From positions 1,364,001-1,428,000 of the forward strand of contig ML978127.1 in assembly GCA_010015805.1 (NCBI GenBank): DNA of 64,000 nucleotides, read 5' to 3'. This document shows, piece after piece, positions 26,356 to 38,454 of the stretch. The stretch's first letter is position 1, and every line of letters begins with the position of its first letter. This DNA comes from Rhizodiscina lignyota. Its lineage: Eukaryota. The translations under genes and the position numbers were made by a program. Below the pieces are notes generated by a model. That model was not told the DNA's origin. It saw only the letters and a program-made list of their open reading frames with translations, and made no database searches.

Positions 26356-28435
26356 TTAGAATCCCAAGATTCTTCTCAACCCACCGGCTTTCTGCCATAC
26401 TCCATCACCATAACCCAACTCAATGACTCCTCGAACTGTTTCCTCAGCTCTTCGTTCTGCCTTTTTAATGTCCTTCCCTTCCCGTCCGCGGTTCTTCAAG
26501 CCTCCGAATGGAATCGTTAGTGGGCCAGGAATTGTAGTTTTGATACCCACCCATCTGTCACGGCAGACAGCTTTCGCGTTGCATACATTTCTTAGCCCCT
26601 CTCTGCCAGCGAAGCGGCCGTAACCACTACCTCCCACTCCTCCAAATGGAAGTTGCACGGCATAGTAGGCAGCAAAGTCATTGACCGCAACCATTCCAGC
26701 TTTGACATCGCGTGTAACTTTCTCCAAGTCACGCTTATTCCGGCCATAGACTGATGAGCCAAGGCCGAAAGGTGCGGAGTTGGCAATACTGATGGCGTCG
26801 TCAATGGGTGTGGATGCAGCTCGCATAAGAAGCATGACTGGCGCAAAGAGCTCAGTTTGGGCAATCTGCATTGTTGGAGTGACATCCACAATTAAGGTTG
26901 GTTGAAAGTAATGTCCCTTGGGAGACTGGAGATTGTTAAAGCGTTTACCGCCGACTAAAAGACGAGCTCCTTGTGCGACGGCTTCGCTGATCAAGCTTTC
27001 GAGCATTGGAAAGTTCGCGTCAGACACACAAGCGCCAATATCGGTGGGATGGGAGTGAGGTGACATGTCGAGAGGATCACCAGCACGAAGGCCTCGCACA
27101 AGAGGTTCGAGCTTCTCCAGAAGCCTAGGATAGACCCGTCCTTGAGCGATAATGCGCTCGATGCCAATGCAGTTCTGACCCGCTGCTTGAAAGACGCCAC
27201 GCATGAGGATCGCAACGACGCGATTGAGTTCTGTTTCGCTATCTGCGACGTCATCAAGGATGATCGAAGGGTCTTTACCACCTAATTCCAAGCACAATGG
27301 GACCAGACTAGCAGTTGCAGCTCTGGAGACCTCGTGTGCTACCGCGCGACTTCCAATGAATGTGAGGTGTGATATCCCAGGATGCGAGACGAGATACGGT
27401 GCTGTAGATGGCCAGCATACGCAGGATTGGATGAGCTGGGGGGAGTGGCCGCACGCAACGAGAGAGGCGCGAGCGATAGATACGAAGTATGAAGACGACC
27501 ACGCGGTGCGCTCTGACGGTTTTAGAATGATGCTGTTCCCGGCGAATAGGGAGGATATAATGGGTGAAAGGAGGTTATGGAACTACATTGACTGTTAAGT
27601 TCCACGTACTGAGCGCTCGTATCAGATTACCTTACGGGATAGCTGTACGCTGTTAATGGATTGATAATGGCATAGAAGAGATGACTCACTTCCAGCTGAC
27701 AGCAGCTGCAACTACTCCAAGTGGTTCCCAGTGTACTTCATTGGCCTTGTAGCACATCAATAGATTCGTTGGCCGTCGCTCAGGTCGAAGTGACTTTTCG
27801 CCATGCTTCAACGTCCATTCAATCTTTTCCAGGGTCACCAATAGCTCTCCAAAGTATGCGTCAACGCGTGTCTTGCCGCTATCGAGGCAAGCAGCGGTTA
27901 CTATGGTGGTCTGATTATCAAGGATGTGTCTGGTGAAACAAATCAAATTAGCAGCTGCTCGTAGTGGTTGCCGTGGCTGAAGGGTAGAAGCAAGCGTTGT
28001 AAGACACACCTCTTCAATGTTCTCAACCATTTCCGTCTTTGGCTCCAAGTCGTCTTCTTCCACTCCACTTGCGCCTCAGCAGCCCTCTGTACCGCTCTGT
28101 CGATTCCATCCTGTGTGACAGGGTTGACGATACCCAAGATCCGTCCATTCGCGGGATTGTAGCACTGGATGGCAGTCGAGCCCGGAAGCTACATCAAACC
28201 GTTAGTCATTCGTCAACTGCAATGTAAAGTAGTCGGAATCAATTACCTTCAGCCCTGGCTTTTCAAGCTCCTCGCCTTTCCAGCCTGACGTGCATTGCTC
28301 TGGCACGGGCACGCGATATAGAACAGCTGCTTCGTAGTCGGGAGTGAGAAGGTAGATGGTTACAACAATGGCTAGACAGCTGAAGAGTGAGATTCCAAGG
28401 AGATGGGTGCTGCTCTGGAGGTCAATGGCATCCAT
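26356..28435 (-). CDS. MSC7: Aldehyde dehydrogenase-like protein Msc7 with N-terminal membrane anchor
   Basis: Motifs WEPLGVVAAAVSW-N-YP-FHN (via microexon 27636-27642), TFIGS, LELGGKDP, GQNCIGIER, ELFAPV and LPFGGVGGSGYGRF. Confidence 0.88.
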
Positions 28436-28550
28436 CGCCTGAGAATATGCTCTTTGAGTTTACTGAAATTGCGGAACTTTCACGATTGGAAGAGCCGAAG
28501 ATATGGCGATATCCTAGGGCTGAATTGCTCTAGCTTTCTAGGGTTAAGTA

Positions 28551-29165
28551 TTAAGACGCGACGCGTCCAAAGTCAAACTTAATTTTTCCATCATTTATCC
28601 CCAACGGAAGGTCCCCAGTACTGATTACCATAGAGAGCACGAGAGTTCCCCGATGCTCGATTTCCTTCGTACATGTGCGACCTTGCACTCCCGGCCACCG
28701 AACCCGCTGCAACGTAATCTCCCATCGCGACGCGAGCTTCCTCCGCAGTCTTATTATCTTTATATCGATGCCCAGGAAGCGATTGGAGTTCGGTCTCAAT
28801 GGCTTCGCAAGTTGAGGGTCCGTTTGTTCCACGACTGAATGCAATGCCTGCAAGTTGGCCTCCTCACTGACGGGTCTAATTGCTTCAATTTTCTCGCGGT
28901 GGAAACGGGCTTGTGCATCGGCATCCTCCGTGAACATCCTCTTTGCCTTGGAGAGCTGCTCGATTTGATCTTCGCTTGAAGACGAGACTAACACTCTTAA
29001 CCGAGACAGGCGAAGTTGTGCGTGGGAGAGACGAATAGCGGCAGTTTGTGAGTCGCGCCGATGTGTACGGATACTCTGAAATGCAGAAATGCTTTCACTG
29101 ATGAGAATAGAAAGAGTTATTGCGAGACCGGTGTATTCATTCTCAAAATAACATTGAGAGCTCAT
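28551..29165 (-). CDS. Hypothetical 204-aa ORF, possibly a decayed gene remnant
   Basis: ATG-initiated ORF with a helical/coiled-coil-like segment. No motif was recognised. Confidence 0.3.
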   Translation of the reverse strand: MSSQCYFENEYTGLAITLSILISESISAFQSIRTHRRDSQTAAIRLSHAQLRLSRLRVLVSSSSEDQIEQLSKAKRMFTEDADAQARFHREKIEAIRPVSEEANLQALHSVVEQTDPQLAKPLRPNSNRFLGIDIKIIRLRRKLASRWEITLQRVRWPGVQGRTCTKEIEHRGTLVLSMVISTGDLPLGINDGKIKFDFGRVAS

Positions 29166-29435
29166 TTCAATCGTTATGACCTAGGACTGGGCCCAGTTCG
29201 CTTTTTGGATGACTACGAAGCTATTACACGATGGCCTGCCCTGAACAAGCTTTGCCTGATTTATGTCGGCATCTGCTTCTGTCGGTGTGATTGATATGAT
29301 CCACATGGTAATGATATTGGCTTGCTTCTTTTTCTCTATACCTAGCCGAGTGAAGACTCAAGAGGACGTTGGTTCATCCAAAGAATTCCCCCTTCCATCT
29401 GGTGTCCGTTCACAAACAGCCATAATGATGTAGAT

Positions 29436-31534
29436 CTAATGCACAATAACCGCAACATGGTCATCTATTCGTAGTTAGCTTAGCTATCTTCCTAAAACAG
29501 GATTGTACCTCACCCATATACTTCTTAATATCTCCCAAAAAGCACGCCGCAATGATACTCACCGCCCCAAATGCGATACTCACGTAATACACCCATTTGT
29601 ACGCCTGCGCAAACGCCATCTGACCCGCTGCGACAATCGTCTGGTACGCCAGCTCGTTACCCTTAAAGCCTGGCAGCTGGGCGATCGGCTCCAGCTCCGA
29701 AGCGCTGGTTAAGGTGATGACTTCTAAGATAAGCGCAGGGTCGGTAAGATTGAACTTTGTCACCATTGCGCCTGCCGCTGTCAGTGACGAAACATGAGGC
29801 AGGAAGGAAATAAAGGGCTCACCGCCAATGTAGTGCTTCGCCTGTTTGATGAACTGGTTAAAGAAGACGTTGTAGTAGACGCAGTACCCGATACTGCCGC
29901 CAATGACGCGGATAGACAGTGTCAGAGCCGCTATGGTTGCGATGAGATCATCAGGGCAGATTATGGTTGTGATGATCGAGGCAGGCACAACTATACCACC
30001 AATACCGAGGCCGGCAAGGACCAAGAGGCCCCAGACGGTTGACAAGTTGTTGACGTCTGCAACGGCCATTGATCCGGTGCCTGAATTGAGCAGACGTCAA
30101 TATCCCTCGCTTGCCAAAGATGCCAGGCAAATCGAGAAAACATACCAGCAGTCATGATGCACGTCGAAACCACCATCAGCGCACGATTGTGTCCTCTCAG
30201 CACGCTCAGCAGCACCAACACGACACAAGCGCCAGCCAAGATCGAGAATCCAATCGGGATGCCTCGGATGCCGACCCCTATGGGATCATGACCGTACACA
30301 TTGAACGCCTGCGTTGGCCAAAACATGAGAATCGCGAAGAAATTAGCGCCGCTGATGAAGGTGATGACCAGCGTCAACGACAAGACGCGCGGGTCCTGCT
30401 GCAGACGCTTTGGGAACATGGGATATTTAGCGAATTTTGCTTCCCAGATGACGAATCCGGTCAGGAGGATGATGCCGAGAATCAGAGTGGCGAGGACGTG
30501 CGCACTGGACCAGTCGTACTGCATGAATGTAAGCGGTGTGAGCAAAGACTCTGCGTCTGTCGGCTTGTGATGTGGAGCGTACCTCATATCCGCCCCACTG
30601 AAGCGCCATCATAAAGAGCAGCATTCCAGAAATGCTCAAGAGGCCTCCAATCCAGTCAATCTGCCCGAGGACTTCTCTGCGCGTCAACCCCGCAGAGTTT
30701 ACACGTGGAGGAGGGAAGTAGAAGAAGATGGTGAATAGCACACCCAGCGCGGCCCAGACACCGCAGAGTAATCCAATATACCTCCACGTTGAGTGGAAAG
30801 CGATGAGCTGTGCATACAGCACGGCTGGACAAAACGGAACTATCGTGAAGATCAGGGCTGCAACATACGCGCCTCTCTTCCGTGTCGGCGCCATCTCTGA
30901 GGTCGCGGCCAATGCAGTCAATTCATTTATGCCAGCGCCAACGCCGGTAAGGGCCATGCCGCAGATGAACGTATTCATTGTGTGCGCCGTCGAGCTCACG
31001 ATGTTTCCGAGGACGATGAAGCAGCCACCAATGATGGCCACGTAGCGGCGACCCAATAGATCGGATAAGCTGCCGACAAAGGGACACACGGATGCGAGAG
31101 CCAGTAGGTGTGCTAGCACGAACCATACCCAGCGATCCCGTCCCCCAATGTCTCCGTAGATGTACGGCGGCGCCTGAAACTGGTGTCAGCGTATGTATAT
31201 GCAAACCACGTGGGAAGACTTACACCACCGAAGAGGTAAACGGGAATTTGGCTAGCAGTCCATAGCATCGCCATTGCAACGAATGACATGAAGCGCTTGA
31301 AGGTCATCTGCCGACCATTGTTAGAGAATTTTGGCTTTAGAGCGTTCGCTCAACTGCTCCTACCGGCGGCTCATGATCATGGTCCTCATTATCACCGTAA
31401 GTACGGAGGCCATCCTTCTCGTAGTAGTTCGTGTGCCCTGGAACTCGCTCCTTCGTCTTGACGTTCTCCAGCGCAGTGACATTACCCTTTTCGTGCTCAG
31501 CATGGGCATGCTCGAATGAACCTTGTGAACTCAT
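29436..31534 (-). CDS. MFS transporter, TRI12 (fungal trichothecene efflux pump)-like family
   Basis: Multi-exon gene with motifs YYEKDGLRTYGD..HEPP, SQIPVYLFGG, GSLSDLLGRR, FFYFPPPR, QIDWIGG and C-terminal DDHVAVIVH*. Confidence 0.85.
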
Positions 31535-33189
31535 ATTTATGTGTGTAGCCCCTTTCCTTTGATCTCGAGTGGAAAGAATCAACGGCAAAGAGATGCAACT
31601 GATAATGAGTCAAGAAGAATTGAAATACAATACAAGGAGAGAGTGCAATACTATACCTCAGACGTACAACTATTATATGTGAAAATGTGCTATCCACCCC
31701 TCCTGCCTACTGGACTGGTGAATACAAGATCCCTACCTCCCATAATCGCAGTACTAAGCCCCACACAGCGGCAAGTCGCCGAGGCGGAGTAGCCGCAAGG
31801 GACAATCAGGCGCATGGCAAGCATGAGCAGGCCACGAGGCAACCCGAATAATCCCTTCCTCAATTGCTGGAATGTCAGCGCTCTGGAGGGACAAGCCTCC
31901 TGTCGTGCATATTCCGAGTCCTGGTTGACAGCCCTGCAGCATTCCATTCGCGGTACAGTTGACTCCAAATGTACAGATAGGGAATTGAGCGCGATATGCG
32001 ATTCTAGCGTGCCTCGTTTCTGTGGAACAGATTGTCGGACAAGACCACGTCGTCTCCACGAGAGATGCCTCGGTACGCTGCCGAACGAGTAATGCGTACC
32101 ACAACGCGAAAAGACGGAATCTGGGGAATTGGCATGTTGGAGAAGGAGTGGAGAGTCGTCTCCGGACTCCACATCTGGAGTAGAAGGCGGGCAAGGTGGA
32201 GGAGGCGTCCGAGACGAATGTGGCCAATCGTTGTGGCTACAATCCAGAGCAATCCGAGGCATCTTCTCCATTAGGACAACCCTGGATACGCGTTGTTCAG
32301 GTTGAGGTAGATTGGCCGATCAGGTATGTATGCAGGAAGTTGCGCAGATTCAACGATTGTGCTACGACACAAGGCTGCTCAAGATTCCGGAAGCCCTCCA
32401 GACTGTTTGGAACAATTTGATATAAGAAACCTTCTTTATGTATACTGAAAGATTCCTTGAAGTGAGGTGTTGCTAATAAGAAAGACGACGAAAACAGTCC
32501 ACCCTTGGAAGAGCCATGTCGTTTCAACCCATGCACTTGTCATACCCCATTCCGCTTAGGGCATCACGATTCCCATCTAAGCTTTTGCCGAGAGCTTTAC
32601 GATAATAAACCTACAGCTTCTCTAATAACTATTGTCTACTTGATTCAGATTGACCGAGGCAGAATGTTGGAACAGACGTCTTCAATTCGATGCTATTTGA
32701 CGAGTTCTCCCGCTGTGCGGAGCTACCGATGAAGAGAAAGTGCCGAGGATGCATCACCGATGAGACTGGCTGACTGTACATGGAACTGGATTCTGTTCGC
32801 AGCAGTAGCCGCAAACGTCAATTTCCGCCGCGATGTACAAACAACAATGAGAGCAACTGCTCTACTAGTGCAGGAACTAAGGGAAAGCTCTTCCGTGGAA
32901 GAGACAGCGAAAAAGCCCAAGTAAAAGCAATTCATCAAATCCAATCAAGAGCATATCATGTCATTAAACCATGCATCTGCTGGTGATTGTACCGCGGATT
33001 AATCAGGTGCGAGACAGACGAGTCTCTGTCACCGCAGACTTGGACCGCCACCTCCATATGAAACGCCACTCAGATGCCAAAGCCCAATTGAAGCCCTAAC
33101 GCCGCGCTATGCACACTGCAGTCACACTGTGATGTGAACAGGTAGTCAATACCTTCGGTTTCATCGAAAGGTCGATCGAATCGCTCATC

Positions 33190-34664
33190 CTATCCTGGGC
33201 CCTGGGCAAGCTTCCAGGCTTCGTAGCCAGCCCCTTCGTCCTCTTCCACTATCTTCTTTTGCTCTTGCTTCACCCGCTCCGCTGCTTCTGCAGCTTTTAG
33301 TTTCTCCTCTCCCTCTCTCTTGTCTTGCAGCGTTATAATCGTACCCGATGGAGGTACAATCTCTCGCTGGTTCCACATCTTGTTCCATCTCTGGGGACAT
33401 TTGTCTCCGACCCAGCAACCGGCGAGATGGACCACAAGATCGCCTTTACGCCAGCCCATCTCACTGCCGCCTTCGGGATAGGCGTTGAGCACACGCTGGC
33501 TAACAATACCCATGTGGGAGCGGATTTTAGGGTGCTGTGTCGCAAGATGAATCAATGCGTCCTGTTCCCTTCCAGGCCAGTCCTTCATTGTCCTGAAAAT
33601 TGGATCTTTCCACATCTCTAGCAACCATGCTGTCCACTCACTGCGCCGCAGCATAAAACTGCCAGCATTCAGCCCGTTTTGGTCTTGCGCAATGAGCATG
33701 TCGACTTCGTTCGCGTCTGGATCCTTCTCCGTAAAGACATGAAATGGCGTCCGATCGCTCCCAACAAACTCGGTCTCCCTCTTGATGTTCTTCAGTATGG
33801 CAGCATGGCTGAGGATCTTCTCTTCGATGGGCTTGGAAGGGGTCATGATGATAGCATCGAGGTCGAGCCACCAGACCCACTGCGCGTCCGGATACGTTTG
33901 AAAAGTTTCGACAATTGCTGGAAGTTTCTTCCAAACCGCATGCGTATCCTCTCCCATATTGTACTTTGAAATGTTTATGAAGTGATTGATGTAGCCATGG
34001 ACGTCGCAGAACTCCTTTCTGTTCTGTACTGCATTGGGTACAATGTCCTGGATGCCACCGTTATGACCCTTTCCGTCGCTGGCGGTAAGGAGGACTATTT
34101 GATCGGGTCGTGGTCCAGCGGGATCATACGTGATGTCTTTCTGAACATCGAAACTTTGCTTGAGTGGGTTGAAATCTGATGGAGCGGGAGTTTGCGAGGC
34201 CTGTGTCTCTGTAAGATGTGTTGATGTTTGTACGGATACATGGGTAGCTAGTGTAGGTGCAGAAGAGGTGGGAGCAGGTTTCTGAACAGAAACTTTTTTG
34301 GGTTTATGTAGTGCTGAGGTGGCTTTGGGGGTCGAGGGGGTCAAGGGCTGGCTGGTAGAGGGTATTGGCTTTGCAGAAACACGTCCCGTAAGTTCGAGGA
34401 GAGAAGGAAGATGCTTCCGGTGATCAGCACTCCCGATGTGTTCAAATGACGGCAGCCAGCCTCGCAATGCTTGCGTCGCCGACGACTGGTCTCGGGTTTG
34501 TCGGAGAAATTGGAGAGTGCAGATGAAGACGATGAGGATTATGGCGGCAACGGAGTAACTGTATCGTGCCAAATCTGTTAGTCATTGTTCAACTCTGATG
34601 GAGTTTGTACGGATCGAGACTGGAATGGTACTTGCCTTCTCGAAACGCGTGCGCGTGAAATCAT
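33190..34664 (-). CDS. Glycosyltransferase family 34 (GMA12/MNN10-like), type II membrane protein
   Basis: Exon 1 (34664-34636) joins exon 2 (34558-33190) through a GC-AG intron. The protein has a TM anchor, an S/T/P stem, WVWWLDLDAII, QDQNGLNAGSFMLR, EQDAL and GDLVVHLAGC. Confidence 0.9.
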
Positions 34665-36091
34665 GTCTAAGATGCGCGCGACTAAGAATCGGCCCTGAAG
34701 CTGCGTGCTATTACGGAGTAAGAGTATTATGCAGATGGAAACGAGCGTGAGGAGATGAATATCACGCGAAAAGCATTTCAGTGACGTAGAAAATGAGATG
34801 AAATGGAGAAGCTGTGCAAAACGCCGCTGGCTACCTTATGGATTGGATTTTAGTGGAGTAGGAAGGTCCACCGGACAATTGCGTGCGGACACACAGCTTA
34901 CAGCTAGGGTACCACGAGCCCAAGCACGGTATAAATCAAGGCGTATACGTTTCACGATGAGAATCTGACGTATGGTTGTCGGCGGAAAGAGAAGAGGAGG
35001 CAAGGTGTTGAAGGCGGAGGCGTCAAATGCTACATCGACCCCTCCCGCGCCAAGGCGCATGGGCATAACAGGGGTATTAGCGCAGCAAACAAGCCTCGTC
35101 CCGTTACTATTTGCGATTACTCGAGCGGTGGCGCTGCTACCGTTAAACGAACGGATCAATCGCTCAATATCTTTTCATATCACTCAACATTTCCTCACAC
35201 TGTTTCTAATCCGAAGTACGAAGTAGCATTTATTGAATTTTGTCCTATACGACGTCACATTTTCGCCGCACGTGTGGCTGTGACGAGCCGTTTCAGCTCA
35301 AGTGCGAAACACCACGACTTGTTTCAAACCGCCGCGGATCCTTCTACCGAGAGAAGTGATGATCTCAAGAGAGCTATCGAAGAATGCACAAGTTGGCTAA
35401 CACTTCAATTCCGGAAGCCTGAACTAACGGGGAACTGGAGGCTCCTTTTAATCTAGAGCCTATCACGAGGAGTTCGTCTTGCGTCTTCTGTGTTCAGTTT
35501 TCTTATCAGTCTTAACATTACAAAACGAGCTAATATCCCGAAAATGACTGGGAGACTTAGAGATTAAGTACTCCTTGCCTGCGGAGTACTTTTAGACGAC
35601 GTTTGGAAACATCTGAAACCGAGAAACCTTGCACGAACGAGCATGATCCGAAATACAACAAGAAATAACTCTCTTCTTCTCAGATCTTGTATAGAGGAAC
35701 ATACGTCTAAGCTCGAGGGTGACAACATAGCTGATCTTGATAGTCGTCGAGAGGGTAAATCACGAACAAGTTTCCGTCTTCAGCAGAGACGAGCGCATCG
35801 CTGAAAGGATTATTCAATACACTTTAGCCTCCGTTTATTAAGATCAAACAGCTTCAACAAACATGCTCTGTTTCCATACTGAGATGACTGTACAGTAGCA
35901 GCTCCATGTATTGTGGTCATGGCTCGAGTTACGATAGCACCTAGGTATACGAACGGGCAACCAGTGGAAAGGCACCCAGTTACACAAATGGGACTTAGCT
36001 GCATGATTGCACACCTATCTATCCGATGTGACAATGAGCCATGTGAAGCCCAATCACAAATCTCTATTCATCCCGCCTGAGTATTCAGGGC

Positions 36092-37720
36092 TCATTTCTT
36101 CACCTTCCCCGTAACAACAACCAAGCCACTCCCAACCTCAACCTTCCATCCGCCACCGACCAACATCCTCACAACCGCCGGCCCAATCCTACCCTTCCCT
36201 TCCTTGCTATGCGCGCCCCGTCCCGTCACAACCGTCAGGCCACCAGCCACCCTCTCCCCACGGCTCCTGCCCTCTCTCACCCTCACGTCCTCCCACCATG
36301 CCTTTACCTTCTCCTCGGTAATACGCACCGCATCCGCAACGCTCACGCCATGCAGATCAAGCTTGTCGGCGGTCGACTGGCTTGCGACGTGCGCGTCCGC
36401 TTCGGCAGCCGTCGCGGCGCGGAGCTGCGCGTTGTAGTCGCGACCTACCTGGCCGTAGTATGCTGCTGCGCCGCCGAAGAGCCTGTCGGAGCCGGCCTTG
36501 CGGTGGTATGTTGATGCGGAGTTGAAGGCGTTGGAGCGGAGGCTGGCCAGCACGGCAGATGATAGTGGAGTTGCCGAGGAACTTCCGGTAGATGGGGAGG
36601 ACGAGGAGCGAACCATTGGCGAAGAGGAGGTGTCGGTGTCGGAATCCAGACGAATTGGAGCGTACTGAGGGATGATTTTGGCGGGAGGTTGCGTTGCTTC
36701 TGGCGTGCGTGAGCCGGAAGAAGCAGTCAACGCCTTGGCAAGTTCGTGCGCTTTTGCTGTTGACGGATCCGTGATGCGAATGAGGGCAGCGGCGTAGTGA
36801 AGCGGCAGTGACGGGAACTCTGAAGCAAGAGTCGCGACATTGACAGCCAGTACCGGGTCGTCGGGAATTGGCTCGTCGTGCTTCTCAATCTCCTGCTCAA
36901 GGATAGCGGAGATTGTCGCCTTCCTCGACGCTCCGTGCTTGTTGTACAGTGTCTGCACCATCTTCAACGGTAGATTCGTCCTTGACGAGATGAACTCAAT
37001 ATCCCCCGAAGCCAGCTGCCAATGATTCTGCGCTGTGGTCGGCGTAGGAACTGGATCCTCTGACGCAGACCTCTCTTCCTCATGCAACGACCGTCCATTC
37101 TTCCTCTTGCCCTTTTTCTTTCTGCCGCGCGGATTAATCGCCTCATCAAACGCATCCACACCCTTCGCCCTAACTCTCTCTTCCCCATCCGCGACCAGGC
37201 CTTCCTCAAAGTATACAAGATTCAGCAGCACATCCATCGCCCTAGCGAAGCTACCATCGCACTTCTTCAACGTAAACTCAATCGTCGGGACGCTCTGCGT
37301 CGGGAACAGCTCTCCAAGGTGCTTCGCCTTTCCAGCGCCATCCATCTCTTCAAAGTTACCCATGTAGCCGTTCCCATCTGCGTCGGAGCTGGACGCATGA
37401 CTGATGCCCACAGACGACAGATTATGCGACAGATTGGTGAACTCCGTATCTTCAGTGCCTGTGCCCCTCTCCCAGCCCTCTTCCGTGCTCTTCTCGCCAA
37501 CCTTCACTGCACCACTCATGCCTGAGGGATCAAAATCCGCGCCATCGTCCGCGACAGCATCTGCTCTGAGCGCGTCGAGCAGTTCGCGCAGCGTGTTTAG
37601 CTGCGCCTGGTCATTGGTGTCAAAGTCCGCGAGGAGCGCCCTGACCAGCGCGGGGTCTAAAGGAACGTAATCTTTTTCGAGAGATTGAGCGAGTGCCTCG
37701 AATACCTTTGGGTCATCCAT
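36092..37720 (-). CDS. CUE2: CUE-repeat/DUF1771/Smr-domain endonuclease (Cue2-like, no-go decay)
   Basis: Single-exon 542-aa ORF. CUE-like motifs LGELFP and LASEFP, GGAAAYY, and Smr motifs LDLHGVSV..A and VVTGRGAHS. Confidence 0.8.
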   Translation of the reverse strand: MDDPKVFEALAQSLEKDYVPLDPALVRALLADFDTNDQAQLNTLRELLDALRADAVADDGADFDPSGMSGAVKVGEKSTEEGWERGTGTEDTEFTNLSHNLSSVGISHASSSDADGNGYMGNFEEMDGAGKAKHLGELFPTQSVPTIEFTLKKCDGSFARAMDVLLNLVYFEEGLVADGEERVRAKGVDAFDEAINPRGRKKKGKRKNGRSLHEEERSASEDPVPTPTTAQNHWQLASGDIEFISSRTNLPLKMVQTLYNKHGASRKATISAILEQEIEKHDEPIPDDPVLAVNVATLASEFPSLPLHYAAALIRITDPSTAKAHELAKALTASSGSRTPEATQPPAKIIPQYAPIRLDSDTDTSSSPMVRSSSSPSTGSSSATPLSSAVLASLRSNAFNSASTYHRKAGSDRLFGGAAAYYGQVGRDYNAQLRAATAAEADAHVASQSTADKLDLHGVSVADAVRITEEKVKAWWEDVRVREGRSRGERVAGGLTVVTGRGAHSKEGKGRIGPAVVRMLVGGGWKVEVGSGLVVVTGKVKK

Positions 37721-38454
37721 ATTTGAGAATCTGGTGTCGTTGGTTCTGATATACAGTTTCGTAGTCGTGCATAGTCGTTTGTGCGGGTGGTTGCAGGTGC
37801 ATGCAGGAAATTGGACTGATGCCGGTCATATGAGTTGTTGTTTTGCTTTAACACGTCGGTGGCGCGTCTGCCTTGTGATGATTGTGTTGCCTGAGGGATG
37901 AGTGTTGAGAGGCTGATGGAAGACATCATGATGTGTTGGAGATGACAGCGCGAACTGCGGCTCTTTCGGCATGTTCCGGATCGTCAACGGCCAGCAGTCA
38001 GAAGTCTTGAATTAGCAGAGGCATCAGTTTTCACGATAATAAAGAAGGCAAAGTCGGATTCTAATCGTTATGCCATTGCTCTATGCCTGCCTACTGCCGT
38101 ACACGGACCGCCCCGGACTGAACAGCGCCTACACATTATCTACGTGAAGTCCTCAGCCGGAGCCACCATTTTTTGTCATCGCTAGCATTTGCCGACCAAG
38201 CCCATGCAAGTCGTACGTCTGTATCATTCTGAAACTGAAAGGAAAGCTTCGAAAACCGTCCGCTGCATGTGAGCGCTCTTTTAGAGCAGTAGCAGCAATT
38301 TGATGCCAGAAAAAGAAAGGTAAACTACCTCCAGCGCCGGAAATGCTATCAGTGCGATATGCTGGCCGTGGAGCTCATGTGTGTGTCTTGCAATTTGTAT
38401 CATCCTCCGTGTCATCCCCTACTTTTCGTCCCCGTTTCGATTGTATCGTTTGCT

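Noticed and set aside
28538..28545. TAGGGTTA, telomere-repeat or telomerase-template-like
   Set aside because: Only 8 nt, lying in the short MSC7 promoter, with no supporting telomerase RNA structure.
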